A stretch of 32,000 bases of DNA from Enterobacteriaceae bacterium (GCA_902363335.1 CABIZV010000004.1:411941-443940); one strand, 5' to 3'; numbered from the stretch's first letter, positions 9,292-17,608 are shown. Translations and numbers: made by a program. Notes: generated by a model not told the origin, from the sequence alone.

Positions 9292-9504
9292 TTACCCGGG
9301 ATGGCTACGTAATTGCTGGTGTAATTCCAATAAAGCCGTCGATTCTGCTAACCGGTCACGTGCATAGCGAAGCTCAATATTCAACCGGTCATTACCACCG
9401 AGTTGGTGAAGAGTCTCGAGCTTCTGAAGATGCTCAGGCGTGGCGGCGATTGGTTTATTAACCACAATGGCGGATACGTTACCTGGCGATATGGCTTCAA
9501 GCAC
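9292..9504 (-). CDS. Orphan 70-aa GC-rich ORF; possible gene fragment of unknown function
   Basis: The ORF has a GTG start with no visible Shine-Dalgarno, and an in-frame TAG lies two codons upstream. I cannot assign a family. Confidence 0.2.
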   Translation of the reverse strand: MLEAISPGNVSAIVVNKPIAATPEHLQKLETLHQLGGNDRLNIELRYARDRLAESTALLELHQQLRSHPG

Positions 9505-9552
9505 GAGAAGCTATTGAAGTGAGGGAGTGGTTATCAGGACGGGTCAGAAGGC

Positions 9553-9646
9553 ACAAAAAAGCCCGCAAGGCTTGCGCCGTACGGGCTTTCAGGACTTCAT
9601 CGGATGACTCTGGTAATCACCGATGGAGAATTTTGGTGGGCTGGGG
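9553..9646. repeat. Left copy of the 94-bp imperfect direct repeat bounding the P4-like element (att site); identical 22-bp core at 9625-9646
   Basis: It aligns colinearly with 21318-21411. The core ggagaattttggtgggctgggg is identical in both copies. Homology stops exactly at both ends of the 94 bp. Confidence 0.85.
9555..9590 (-). terminator. Rho-independent terminator (minus sense) inside the repeat
   Basis: The minus strand reads GCCCGUACGGC-GCAA-GCCUUGCGGGC followed by UUUUUU. This is a GC stem with a GNRA loop and a U-run. Confidence 0.7.
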
Positions 9647-9713
9647 GAGTCTGACTTTGACTGTTAATTGTTTGTATTTAATGGTTTTTTTATTGATTTG
9701 AAATTTTAGATAT

Positions 9714-9732
9714 ACCTAAGCGTATACCAATT
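9714..9732 (+). repeat. Putative integrase arm-type site ACCTAAGCGTATACCAATT
   Basis: The same 19-mer with one mismatch recurs at 21248-21266. An inverted copy with a 2-nt insertion lies at 21211-21231. All copies lie just inside the element ends. Confidence 0.6.
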
Positions 9733-9848
9733 CTGCTTTGTAGGCACAAAAATACAGTCATGCTGGTATGACAATTCCAACCCCATCACGACTTGTATCC
9801 ATCTGGTCACACATGACAAAAGCAGGCAATCAACACTAAGAATTTACT

Positions 9849-10508
9849 TTACGACTCTTCGCTATTGGGGTTCTTAACTTTTTCCCATTCAATGCCCAAC
9901 CCTTTAAATTTTTGTGCAAATGGGATTACTATGAGCGCAACACAAGCCCCTAATAGAGCCATTCTCTCAGTGGTTAAAAAATTAAATCTTATATCTGCAA
10001 TTACTATAAGTAATAAGGCTACAGCAAGAGACCAAGTAACTCGTTGAAAAATATCCATCGTTTCAGATTTTTTCTGACGAATATCATTTTTCCTAACTGC
10101 TGACTGCTCCGCGGTAAGGGCTCGGAAAGTTGGGAAAAGACTGAAATCAGATTTAACTAAAGCACCTGAATCACTGACTGAATATAGTGAAAATGGCAAT
10201 GGGTTATTAGGCTGGGAGGATACAGTCACCAAGAAAAGTGGGATTTTTTCATTTCCAATTGCTTGTTTGTATTTTTTTAATTGATTTAGGTTTTTTTCGC
10301 TATGTGCAAATCTGTCTGACTTTATTTCAATAATGGCAAGATATTCTTTCTTTTCTGGATCTATAATTGCAAAGTCTGGTCTGTGTGTGTTTTTACCATC
10401 GTTGGAGAAAAATGCAGGTTCGTATAATATAGAATCTTTGGTATATCCTAGTGATAATAAGTATTCAGAGAATTTATTTTCCGCCTCTGAATGGTAATTG
10501 TTGTCCAT
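9849..10508 (-). CDS. Membrane-anchored HsdR_N-like / PD-(D/E)xK nuclease-fold protein (satellite cargo)
   Basis: 219 aa. The N-terminal half has the layout E(x)n...RPDFAII...LAIIEIKS...QLKKY, as in type I restriction enzyme HsdR N-terminal-like domains. The C-terminus has two hydrophobic helices (VTWSLAVALLLIVIADI and MALLGACVALIVIPFA). The gene is AT-rich. Confidence 0.6.
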   Translation of the reverse strand: MDNNYHSEAENKFSEYLLSLGYTKDSILYEPAFFSNDGKNTHRPDFAIIDPEKKEYLAIIEIKSDRFAHSEKNLNQLKKYKQAIGNEKIPLFLVTVSSQPNNPLPFSLYSVSDSGALVKSDFSLFPTFRALTAEQSAVRKNDIRQKKSETMDIFQRVTWSLAVALLLIVIADIRFNFLTTERMALLGACVALIVIPFAQKFKGLGIEWEKVKNPNSEES

Positions 10509-10703
10509 TACAGTCCCTCTCTGCTGTGTGAAAACTAGTAAGCTAAACTAGTAAGGTAACTAAGATAAGCAAGAGATTCAATTGATTAACGGGGAATAGG
10601 TCAAGTCAAGGTCAAACTCGGCGATCATGATGGTTATCTTGTTGAATCACAGCCAGACATGATGAATTTCTAGGTTGGAGAAAAAACTTTTTTTCAGGAA
10701 AAC

Positions 10704-10794
10704 TGTTCACACTGTTCACTCACCATTATTTTTATTATTTTTCAACATGATACACGGTGAATAGTCCGTGAACAGTGAACACTTTACTGTTCAC
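10704..10794. repeat. crr-like iteron cluster (TGTTCAC/GTGAACA octamer-type repeats)
   Basis: Six copies in both orientations, one degenerate: 10704, 10713, 10756, 10768, 10775, 10788. The motif equals the P4 type I repeat TGTTCACC bound by alpha protein. The cluster lies just downstream of alpha, as P4 crr does. Confidence 0.75.
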
Positions 10795-10811
10795 GCTCAG
10801 GGATTTCAGGC

Positions 10812-10836
10812 AAAAAAAGACCGGCTAATGCCGGTC
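10812..10836 (-). terminator. Rho-independent terminator after alpha
   Basis: The minus strand reads GACCGGC-AUUA-GCCGGUC followed by UUUUUUU, 9 bp after the alpha stop. Confidence 0.8.
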
Positions 10837-10844
10837 AGGATAGG

Positions 10845-13184
10845 TTATGGCGCTGTGGTTTCATCACATCGGGGCAGCCAGTCGGCGTTGCTTTCATCCC
10901 TGAGCGTGAGATTCGTCTGCATTCCCTGATTCGTTCGCCGCTTGCCATAATTCAGACCGTACTCTTTCAGCATCGATGACAGTCCTTTGCCGAACATGGT
11001 GAGGCTCAGCGTATTCTTGTAGCCGTGCGCCTCCATATAGACCAGATAGGCGTGGTACAGGTACAGGCGTGGCTGTCGCGGGATTATATTCGCGTTTCCC
11101 ATATACATACCGTCAGGCTCGGGCAGCGCCTCCAGATAGCCACAAAAATCGAATGTCGGGTCAGCATCACGCTTGATACTGAGCGCCTCGTCAGAGTTCT
11201 GCTGGGACTGGAGCAACGCGCGCGCCGTCATCGGGTCGCTGAATTTCTGCATAAGCTGGCGCACAATGACCGCCAGCTCACGGGCAATTTTATCTTTCAG
11301 CTTCGGATCACGTTCTTCCGGGGCTATCTGTTCCGGGAAGTGCATAATCACCCGGCGACGTGACACGCCGCCGCTGCGGTCAGTGAAGCGCATCGGGTTA
11401 TTGTTCACGGCCAGAATAACCGCCGGGATATGCGTTGAATACGCATCGCGGTATTTCGGGTCAACGGATACGGCATCGCCGCCGGTGATGGCCTTTAACC
11501 CCGCACCGTCGCCGCTCCATTTCTCCTGGTCAGGCAGACGTATCAGCGAGAAGCCAATCAGCGCCGCGCGTTCGCGGGGGGATTCCAGCGTTTCAATGGT
11601 CGCTGACGTGGCGTTATCCTCTCCGGCCAGCATGGTGGCAATTTCAGCCAGAATACTTTTCCCGCTGCCGCCGGGGCCGGTCACTTCAAGGAAGAGCTGC
11701 CAGTCATAACGGTTAGCCAGCACCATAAACAGCGCTGCGAGAATCACATCACGTTTATCCGCGCGTGAACCGGCGGCGCGGTTGAGCCAGCGCCAGAAGT
11801 TCGGCGCGTGGGTTTCCAGTGCTTCTCCCTCGACCGGCGGGGTAAAATCCACATCACACAGTGTACGCAGCCAGTGCGCTTTACTGTGAGGACTGAATAC
11901 GCCGGTGCTGGTATCGAGTACACCGTTTCGGAAACCTATCAGGCGGCGCGCCGGGGCGTCCTGCTGGGGAATAATCAGTTTCAGGGTATCCACCACCGAG
12001 GCAATTTTCCCCGACGAGAACGGCGCCCGCAGACGCTGGAACAGCCCGGCCACATCACGCGCAAAATCCGACGGCGGGATGATTTTCCATATCCCGGCTT
12101 CATAGCGTGACAGGAGCTGGCCGTTCGCATCCACCGCCAGCGCCTCGCCGTAATGCTCATGTACCCGCATCGCCTTTTCACTGGTGCTCATGGCGGTGAA
12201 TTCGGCCTCGCTCATGGTACTGAACGGGCTCTCTCCCGGTGGCCGGATAGCGTCATAAATCGCTTTACGCGTGGCCTCTTCACCTTTTTGCATAAACGCA
12301 TCATTCCAGTCACCGAACACCGGCGGCAGGGCGACAATGCCCTCACTGGCTTCTGCGGCCGCTGCGGCTTTTGTCTGACCGTCGCCGCTGAGGTCGCGGT
12401 CGGCAGCGAGCACAATCTGACACGCCGGGTGCTTTTGCCGGGCAAGGCTCGCCAGAGAAAGAAGGTTCACGGACGACAGCGCCACCATGACCGTTTCACC
12501 CGTCAGGTGATGCACGGTGAGTGCGGTCGCATAGCCCTCTGCTATCCACAGGCGTTTTCCGGCCTGTTTTTTCCCTTCGATGATATGACATGCTCCTTTC
12601 ACCTGACCGCCCTTCAGAGTGCGCTTGAGACCGTCAGCATTGATAAACTGAAGATTAACCAGCGCACCGGTATCGTCATAAAGCGGGACAACCACATCAC
12701 CGGCGCGGTAGGTCACGCTGCCGGTTTTATGTGTGGCCGTCAATGTCAGGCATTCCAACGCGGGAAAACCCTTGCGGGTCAGGTAGGCGTTGCCGGTCGT
12801 TGGTCGACTTTTCTCCATTAGTTTTGCGGCCAGCGCGGCCGCCGCTTTGCGGTCGGCTTCCGTTCCGGCCTCGGTGGCCGCAATCACCTCCGGGGCAACC
12901 GGCGACAGATTGCCGGTGACGGTGTTCACCTTTCCGGCAGCCTCTGAGGCCGACACGCCGAACACCTTTTCAACCAGTTTCAGCCCATCACCCGCGCCGC
13001 ACTGGTTACAGAACCACGTCCCGCGCCCCTCCTTGTCATCAAAGCGGAAACGGTCAGAGCCGCCGCATACCGGACAGGCCTGATGGCGGTTTTTAATGAC
13101 CTTCACACCCAGCGCCGGGAGAATGCGCGGCCAGTGGCCGCATGCCTGTTTTACGGTTTCCGTTACGTTCATATTCATGATCAT
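10845..13184 (-). CDS. alpha: P4 alpha-type primase-helicase replication protein
   Basis: 779 aa. It has an N-terminal zinc finger (CPVCGGSDRFRFDDKEGRGTWFCNQCG), a TOPRIM-like region and a helicase Walker A (VTGPGGSGKS). Its size is essentially that of P4 alpha. Confidence 0.92.
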   Translation of the reverse strand: MIMNMNVTETVKQACGHWPRILPALGVKVIKNRHQACPVCGGSDRFRFDDKEGRGTWFCNQCGAGDGLKLVEKVFGVSASEAAGKVNTVTGNLSPVAPEVIAATEAGTEADRKAAAALAAKLMEKSRPTTGNAYLTRKGFPALECLTLTATHKTGSVTYRAGDVVVPLYDDTGALVNLQFINADGLKRTLKGGQVKGACHIIEGKKQAGKRLWIAEGYATALTVHHLTGETVMVALSSVNLLSLASLARQKHPACQIVLAADRDLSGDGQTKAAAAAEASEGIVALPPVFGDWNDAFMQKGEEATRKAIYDAIRPPGESPFSTMSEAEFTAMSTSEKAMRVHEHYGEALAVDANGQLLSRYEAGIWKIIPPSDFARDVAGLFQRLRAPFSSGKIASVVDTLKLIIPQQDAPARRLIGFRNGVLDTSTGVFSPHSKAHWLRTLCDVDFTPPVEGEALETHAPNFWRWLNRAAGSRADKRDVILAALFMVLANRYDWQLFLEVTGPGGSGKSILAEIATMLAGEDNATSATIETLESPRERAALIGFSLIRLPDQEKWSGDGAGLKAITGGDAVSVDPKYRDAYSTHIPAVILAVNNNPMRFTDRSGGVSRRRVIMHFPEQIAPEERDPKLKDKIARELAVIVRQLMQKFSDPMTARALLQSQQNSDEALSIKRDADPTFDFCGYLEALPEPDGMYMGNANIIPRQPRLYLYHAYLVYMEAHGYKNTLSLTMFGKGLSSMLKEYGLNYGKRRTNQGMQTNLTLRDESNADWLPRCDETTAP

Positions 13185-13190
13185 TCTCCC

Positions 13191-13511
13191 TCAGTGTATT
13201 ACCGGTGATTTAATGTGACGGGCGCAAAGTTCATCCAGTACGACGAGGCCGAGAAAAGACAGTGATGGCGCGGCTTTCAGCGGGCTGGCTTCCATTAAAT
13301 CTTCCAGTAAGGCACAGGCAATCGTGCGGCCTTTATCCTCGCCATGCTGGCGCAGGTAAAAACCCTCCAGCTCGGCGGCAATAGCCCCCTCCAGCGCATC
13401 GAGAGTGAGGTGTGGGTAACGGTGCTGACGTTCACATAAAGCCAGCCATGCACAGGCCACGGCACGACGATAAAGCGCAGCGCGTAAGACGAGCGGTAAT
13501 GGCTGTTTCAT
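13191..13511 (-). CDS. P4 orf106-like small protein
   Basis: 106 aa, immediately upstream of alpha. Size and position match P4 orf106. It overlaps the preceding ORF by 4 nt. Confidence 0.6.
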   Translation of the reverse strand: MKQPLPLVLRAALYRRAVACAWLALCERQHRYPHLTLDALEGAIAAELEGFYLRQHGEDKGRTIACALLEDLMEASPLKAAPSLSFLGLVVLDELCARHIKSPVIH

Positions 13512-13768
13512 ACGTTGCCCTCCCCGTTCAGCCAGCGTTGATTACAGCGTTCGACCACGCCGTCGAGCTGGGCGGTCATAAGATAAATCACGGAGGTAAG
13601 CTGTAACTGTTGCGCCGGATCACGACGCAATGATGTGCAGTCCTGCACCTGTACCAGCTCGCCGACAAACTGGCCGACGTTACGCAAATGTTCAAGGCAT
13701 TCGAGGTCAGCCTGACTGATGGCCGACATCCATTTATTCTGTGGTTGTTCAGTGATATTTAAATGCAT
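13508..13768 (-). CDS. Hypothetical small protein of the P4-like left operon
   Basis: 86 aa counted from the ATG at 13768, which is preceded by AGGAGA. The track ORF extends to 13813. Confidence 0.5.
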   Translation of the reverse strand: MHLNITEQPQNKWMSAISQADLECLEHLRNVGQFVGELVQVQDCTSLRRDPAQQLQLTSVIYLMTAQLDGVVERCNQRWLNGEGNV

Positions 13769-13839
13769 GATTTCGTCTCCTGAAGACGTGCGTATCCCTG
13801 TGCAGATACGCACATTTAATTTTCGTTATCGTTTTTTAA

Positions 13840-14289
13840 TTACAGATAATGGCGATAACTGTTATCCGGTTTTATTTCCGGTTCAGTCCGGAGAATATCC
13901 CACCATTTCCGCATTACCGGTGCTGACTGTCTGACGGGGATAATATCCTGCGGATAATGATTAATATTTTTATCCCGTCGTTTCTGTAATTCAGGGTCGG
14001 CAGCAATATCTTTCAGAACGATGTGACGATGTTCAGGGTTGCGCTTAAATATATCCGGGCTTTCGCAGGAAAAATCCCGTAAAAACCGGGCAAGCGGTAT
14101 TTCGACAATCCGGCTATCGGAAATAATACGAATGAGGATAGTGAATGTCCGGCGATATGGGTTCCAGACCAGCGTCGGACAGAGGTACGGCATTTCCCAC
14201 GGAATACCGTCGGCCAGAATGCCCACCACGCGCACATCAGGGAAACCGGCTGAGCAGAACAGTTCGCCCGGTTGAGGGAAATCAAACAT
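13840..14289 (-). CDS. P4 orf151-like protein
   Basis: 149 aa counted from the ATG at 14289, with GGAGG 6 nt upstream. It overlaps the upstream ORF by 8 nt. Position and size match P4 orf151. Confidence 0.6.
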   Translation of the reverse strand: MFDFPQPGELFCSAGFPDVRVVGILADGIPWEMPYLCPTLVWNPYRRTFTILIRIISDSRIVEIPLARFLRDFSCESPDIFKRNPEHRHIVLKDIAADPELQKRRDKNINHYPQDIIPVRQSAPVMRKWWDILRTEPEIKPDNSYRHYL

Positions 14290-14569
14290 GCCCCACCTCC
14301 TGCGTAGCGAGAAAATCACGGCACAGGCCTTTCGCTTTCAGTTCCTCCAGTACGTGGCTGATATCTTCATGCACATAACTCAGGATCTGCGGGGTATAAA
14401 GCTGGCTGAGTCCGTTTATTTCGTGGTGTCTTAAGTCATTGCCAAAAAAATGCAGGGTCTCACAGGCACGATTGAGTTTATGAAACGATTCGAGACTCAG
14501 GTGCTCACTGACAGCGTTAAGGTCATCACGGCGCGCTGAGACGGTCTGAACGGCATGTTGATTATGCAT
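14282..14569 (-). CDS. Epsilon-like (helper-derepression) protein candidate
   Basis: 95 aa counted from the ATG at 14569, with GGAGG 6 nt upstream. Size and position are the same as P4 epsilon. The assignment rests on synteny only. Confidence 0.45.
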   Translation of the reverse strand: MHNQHAVQTVSARRDDLNAVSEHLSLESFHKLNRACETLHFFGNDLRHHEINGLSQLYTPQILSYVHEDISHVLEELKAKGLCRDFLATQEVGHV

Positions 14570-15161
14570 GGCATACCTCCACAACCGGCAGACGGGCGGC
14601 AAAGGAAAGGACGTATTCACGAACCAGAGAACGGCGGGCGGTGTGTTCATCACCGGCTACGGTGCGCAGCATGCAGATACGGGGCTTACGGTCAGCACGG
14701 CGAATAGCGGCAAACACAAAGACAAATTCAGGGTGAGACGGGGTGAGGATCGTAGCCATAAGGCAACCTCCGATGGATAGCTGATAAATGCTATCGCCGG
14801 AGTTCTCACGCTCAGTGGCGATAGCCCAGACGGGGGTGAGAATACCGGCTCCATCGAGTACCGGCCAGCCCGAGGGCTGCCCCGCCTGAGCTACCATTGA
14901 CATGGCTGTGTGATATGCGATTACGGACAGGAGACACTGGGTCATACCTGCACGACTATCTGCACACCACACCATTATCTGGCGCGCTGTGGCGTTGATT
15001 GCGACACAAAAAAAGACGCATGGCGCGTCTGGTATCGCCGATGGATTGCTCGGGTTCTCACGCCCGGCTGCCGATTTTGCGGCAACGACAAAACTGTACC
15101 AGGAAACATACAACAGATGCAAGCCAGAAAAAGGGGCTGTTTGATAGCGGCTCATATTCAT
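14562..15161 (-). CDS. P4 orf199-like protein with Ash-like and Icd-like (cell division inhibitor) segments
   Basis: 199 aa. The segment [13 protein letters not shown] resembles Ash-family proteins. The segment [45 protein letters not shown] resembles Icd-like proteins annotated in P4-like elements. It has an ATGA overlap with the upstream gene. Confidence 0.65.
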   Translation of the reverse strand: MNMSRYQTAPFSGLHLLYVSWYSFVVAAKSAAGRENPSNPSAIPDAPCVFFCVAINATARQIMVWCADSRAGMTQCLLSVIAYHTAMSMVAQAGQPSGWPVLDGAGILTPVWAIATERENSGDSIYQLSIGGCLMATILTPSHPEFVFVFAAIRRADRKPRICMLRTVAGDEHTARRSLVREYVLSFAARLPVVEVCHA

Positions 15162-15424
15162 GCATCACACTTCCTGTTGCGATGAGCAACACGTTCCATC
15201 ATCCATGCCGTGATTTCAGACTGGAGCCAGGCAACATTTTTACCACCCAGTGAGACCTGAACAGGAAAAGCATCACGGGCGATTAAATCGTAGAGCGTGG
15301 AGCGGGACAGACCGCACTGATGAATGACTTCGGGAAGGCGTAAAAAACGTTCCTGAACCGGCGCTGAAACCGCCATCAGGTGTGTACCAGTGGGGGAAGA
15401 TGGTGCTGATGAAACCGTGTGCAT
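15158..15424 (-). CDS. AlpA/Vis-family DNA-binding protein (P4 Vis-like regulator/excisionase)
   Basis: 88 aa. It carries the [49 protein letters not shown] motif typical of the AlpA/MerR-like HTH. The ATG at 15424 has GAGGT upstream. Confidence 0.85.
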   Translation of the reverse strand: MHTVSSAPSSPTGTHLMAVSAPVQERFLRLPEVIHQCGLSRSTLYDLIARDAFPVQVSLGGKNVAWLQSEITAWMMERVAHRNRKCDA

Positions 15425-15526
15425 AACGCTACCTCATTAATATCCGCAGAGATCCGAACGTATCCGTCCGGCATCAGGTAGCTCTCTATTTTGTGAATAT
15501 TTTTACTTAATGCAACAGGGCCAAAT

Positions 15527-15544
15527 TGTACAAAGCACAAGACA
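15527..15544. promoter_or_regulatory. TGT-N12-ACA dyad: candidate Delta/Ogr activator site for a leftward late promoter
   Basis: The sequence is tgt-acaaagcacaag-aca. It lies about 100 bp upstream of the vis-like gene. Confidence 0.45.
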
Positions 15545-15702
15545 ACGGGTGACGTTTTTTTACACAAGACCATTTAAAGGCGCAGGAAGGAGTTAGAAGC
15601 CACTGGAGATTTTAAAAGTGAAATGCAAATTGCTTTAATCTCTATAACAGAATTAATTAATAGGATAGAGCGCATAAAATTTACATTTATGACGTTCAGA
15701 CC

Positions 15703-15806
15703 GGTGAACAGTAGTGAACAGTTGGTGAACACTTCCCTTTCAACTGTTCACCCTTTAATTTGCTGTATTACTTATCTTTTTTCTTTTGGTGAACAGTAGT
15801 GAATAG
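15703..15806. repeat. ori-like iteron cluster (GGTGAACA/TGTTCACC repeats)
   Basis: Six copies, one degenerate: 15703, 15714, 15724, 15745 (inverted), 15788, 15799. The motif is the same as in the cluster at 10704-10794. The two clusters are about 4.9 kb apart, similar to the P4 ori/crr pair. Confidence 0.75.
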
Positions 15807-15882
15807 TTATTAGTAAAAAAACAAACAGAGAGAGGGTTTTCCAGCGACCTTTCTCTGGCAAGCCGGGTTTTTAAGTCCTGTT

Positions 15883-15900
15883 TGTGCCAGGACTGCTACA
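15883..15900 (+). promoter_or_regulatory. TGT-N12-ACA dyad: candidate Delta/Ogr-dependent Psid-like late promoter element
   Basis: The sequence is tgt-gccaggactgct-aca. Its centre is about 83 bp upstream of the sid ATG. That fits a -55 activator site with a short leader. Confidence 0.55.
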
Positions 15901-15974
15901 ACCGCAATGAATCGAGTTGTTGTCTGAGGGGCGGCAGAATGGCGTCAGGTTGAAAACACACAGAGGGCCCGACG

Positions 15975-16778
15975 ATGAAAGCAGACGTACTTACTTCAGT
16001 AATGAAAACCATTGGCAGCACACAGAATGAGACAATCCGCACGGCCATTGATATCGCACTGGATACGCTTAACGAGAAAGCGAACCAGAGCGCAGAGGCC
16101 GCAATGAATAACGCTCTTGACGCGTTCAGTCAGGCCAAATCCGCACACACGGGAAATATGCTGAAACTGAATGATATTGAGGCCGCCATTACCCGCAGCG
16201 AGAAAGAACGCCAGAACGCGCTGAATGAGAGTGCCGAAGCGGAGCAGAACTGGCGAGCCCGCTTTCGCGAACTGCGCGGCATGATGACCCCGGAACTGAA
16301 AGCGGAACATGGTCAGCGAGTGGCCGGTCGTGAGCTGGCTGAGGAGTTCACCGCCCTGATTGATGAGCTCAATGATGATAAAGCACGTACCATGCTGGCC
16401 GCCTGTACGTCAGGAAAAGAATACGTCAGCGCTCATTCAGATGTGTTCTCTGCCTATGCCCGGAATGAGTGGGCGGTGGTAATGAAAGACATTCCCCCTG
16501 CACTGGTACGCGCATTTGCTTTACGTCTGCGTGAGCTTGAGATTAAGGGGGAAGAACACCCTCACACTATTCTGATTCAGGAGCTGGGCGAGAATGTACT
16601 GACACAGAGCCAGTATTACGCATTCAACATGGAAAATGAGCCGGTGATTTCACAGATTGGCCTTCATCGCCCGGCACTCACCGGCGTAGACATGAAGCTC
16701 TTTAAAAGTCCTGCCCTCAGAATGGCGCGAGCTAAAGCGCTGGCACAGAAGAAAAAAGCGCAGGAGGTGAAGTCATGA
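15975..16778 (+). CDS. sid: Sid-like capsid size determination (external scaffold) protein
   Basis: 267 aa, helical and rich in charged residues. It is the first gene of the sid-delta-psu operon and overlaps delta via ATGA. Confidence 0.7.
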   Translation: MKADVLTSVMKTIGSTQNETIRTAIDIALDTLNEKANQSAEAAMNNALDAFSQAKSAHTGNMLKLNDIEAAITRSEKERQNALNESAEAEQNWRARFRELRGMMTPELKAEHGQRVAGRELAEEFTALIDELNDDKARTMLAACTSGKEYVSAHSDVFSAYARNEWAVVMKDIPPALVRAFALRLRELEIKGEEHPHTILIQELGENVLTQSQYYAFNMENEPVISQIGLHRPALTGVDMKLFKSPALRMARAKALAQKKKAQEVKS

Positions 16779-17017
16779 TGCGCTGTCCGTACTGCAAACA
16801 GGCTGCCCATGTTCGCACCAGTCGTTACCTGTCGGATAACGTCAAACAGAGTTATCTCCAGTGTGTGAATGTTTTCTGCTCCGCGACGTTTCGTACCATT
16901 GAGTCTATCGACGAGGTGATACGGCCACCGGCGGAGGAAAAGCCAGAACCGGCGCAGACCGCGCCAGTGACACCGCCACGAATTCTGGATAGCGCTCGCT
17001 CATCGTTGCGCCACTGA
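16775..17017 (+). CDS. delta: Ogr/Delta-family zinc-finger late transcription activator
   Basis: 80 aa. MMRCPYCKQAAHVRTSRYLSDNVKQSYLQCVNVFCSATF matches the Ogr CxxC...CxxxxC pattern (Ogr: CPLCQHAAHARTSRY...QCQNVNCSATF). Confidence 0.9.
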   Translation: MMRCPYCKQAAHVRTSRYLSDNVKQSYLQCVNVFCSATFRTIESIDEVIRPPAEEKPEPAQTAPVTPPRILDSARSSLRH

Positions 17018-17032
17018 TTCAGGAGAAAAGAA

Positions 17033-17608
17033 ATGATACGAGCACCACTGGAGCAGGCCTTTGAAACCTGTCAGAAGAATAAATCGGACTGGATGAGCAG
17101 CAAGTCAGCACTGGCACGGGCTGAAATGACGCTGAAAGAACATGAGCTCACCAGTACCCATTATGAGCCTGACGCTGTACAGGCGCTGCGTGATGATATT
17201 GACCTGAAAAAATGGGCAGTAAACCAGTCTGCCGGTCGGTATATCCGGTCACATGAGACTGTGCAGCGTATCAGTATGCGTCGTCAGCTCCACGTCTTTA
17301 TGCAGGTCAGTGGCGACGCGCTGGCCGCAGCGCTGGCACCGGAATTAATGCACCTCCGGGAGCTACCTGAAATCGTCAGGGAACGGGCTCTCGACCGGGC
17401 GGCCGCCAGCATTCGCGAAGCCCTATCGGTTCATCTGGCCAGCGGAAGAGATATTCATTATGTGCAGGATGACCGGGATATTCTGACCACTATCGGATTC
17501 CGGCCTGACAGAGCATCCAGAGAGGACAGCCGGGCAAAATATACGCCTGAGCAGTGTAAGATTTTCATGTGCCGACAGGCCACTCAGAAACGCAAAAAAT
17601 CCGCATAA
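17033..17608 (+). CDS. psu: Psu-like polarity suppression / capsid decoration protein
   Basis: 191 aa. It contains AFETCQKNK, KKWAVNQSAGRYIRSHE and LAAALAPELM, which match my recollection of P4 Psu. It is the last gene of the operon, before cos. Confidence 0.85.
   Translation: MIRAPLEQAFETCQKNKSDWMSSKSALARAEMTLKEHELTSTHYEPDAVQALRDDIDLKKWAVNQSAGRYIRSHETVQRISMRRQLHVFMQVSGDALAAALAPELMHLRELPEIVRERALDRAAASIREALSVHLASGRDIHYVQDDRDILTTIGFRPDRASREDSRAKYTPEQCKIFMCRQATQKRKKSA

Noticed and set aside
9519-9701. 60-aa plus-strand ORF across the left att repeat, including the GGAGA-N6-GTG that looks like a start.
   Set aside because: In both copies the frame after the GTG terminates quickly (within 7 codons after the start at 21412+), and its content is element DNA. 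I keep it only as an alternative reading of the core in the att finding.
9625-9720. Possible tRNA or tmRNA gene, suggested by the minus-strand CCCCAGCCCACCA acceptor-like end in the att core.
   Set aside because: The sequence 5' of the core has no T-arm (no GTTCGAATC-like motif), no anticodon arm and no D-arm. This holds for both copies (9647-9720 and 21412-21500). The acceptor matches no tRNA or tmRNA I can recall. I report it only as an att core.
11173-12821. 178-aa and 222-aa plus-strand ORFs antisense to alpha.
   Set aside because: They lie entirely inside the strongly supported alpha primase-helicase gene. Their translations are Arg/Ser-rich with no motifs, which is typical of antisense artefacts.
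14013-14378. Several 77-90-aa ORFs overlapping the orf151-like and epsilon-like genes on both strands.
   Set aside because: The chosen frames have GGAGG ribosome-binding sites at correct spacing, 8-nt coupled overlaps and P4-matching sizes. The alternatives have none of these.
15376-15573. 65-aa minus-strand ORF upstream of, and overlapping, the vis/alpA-like gene.
   Set aside because: It overlaps the supported AlpA-family start region in another frame. It also lies where P4 has non-coding immunity and leader sequences, and it has no RBS.
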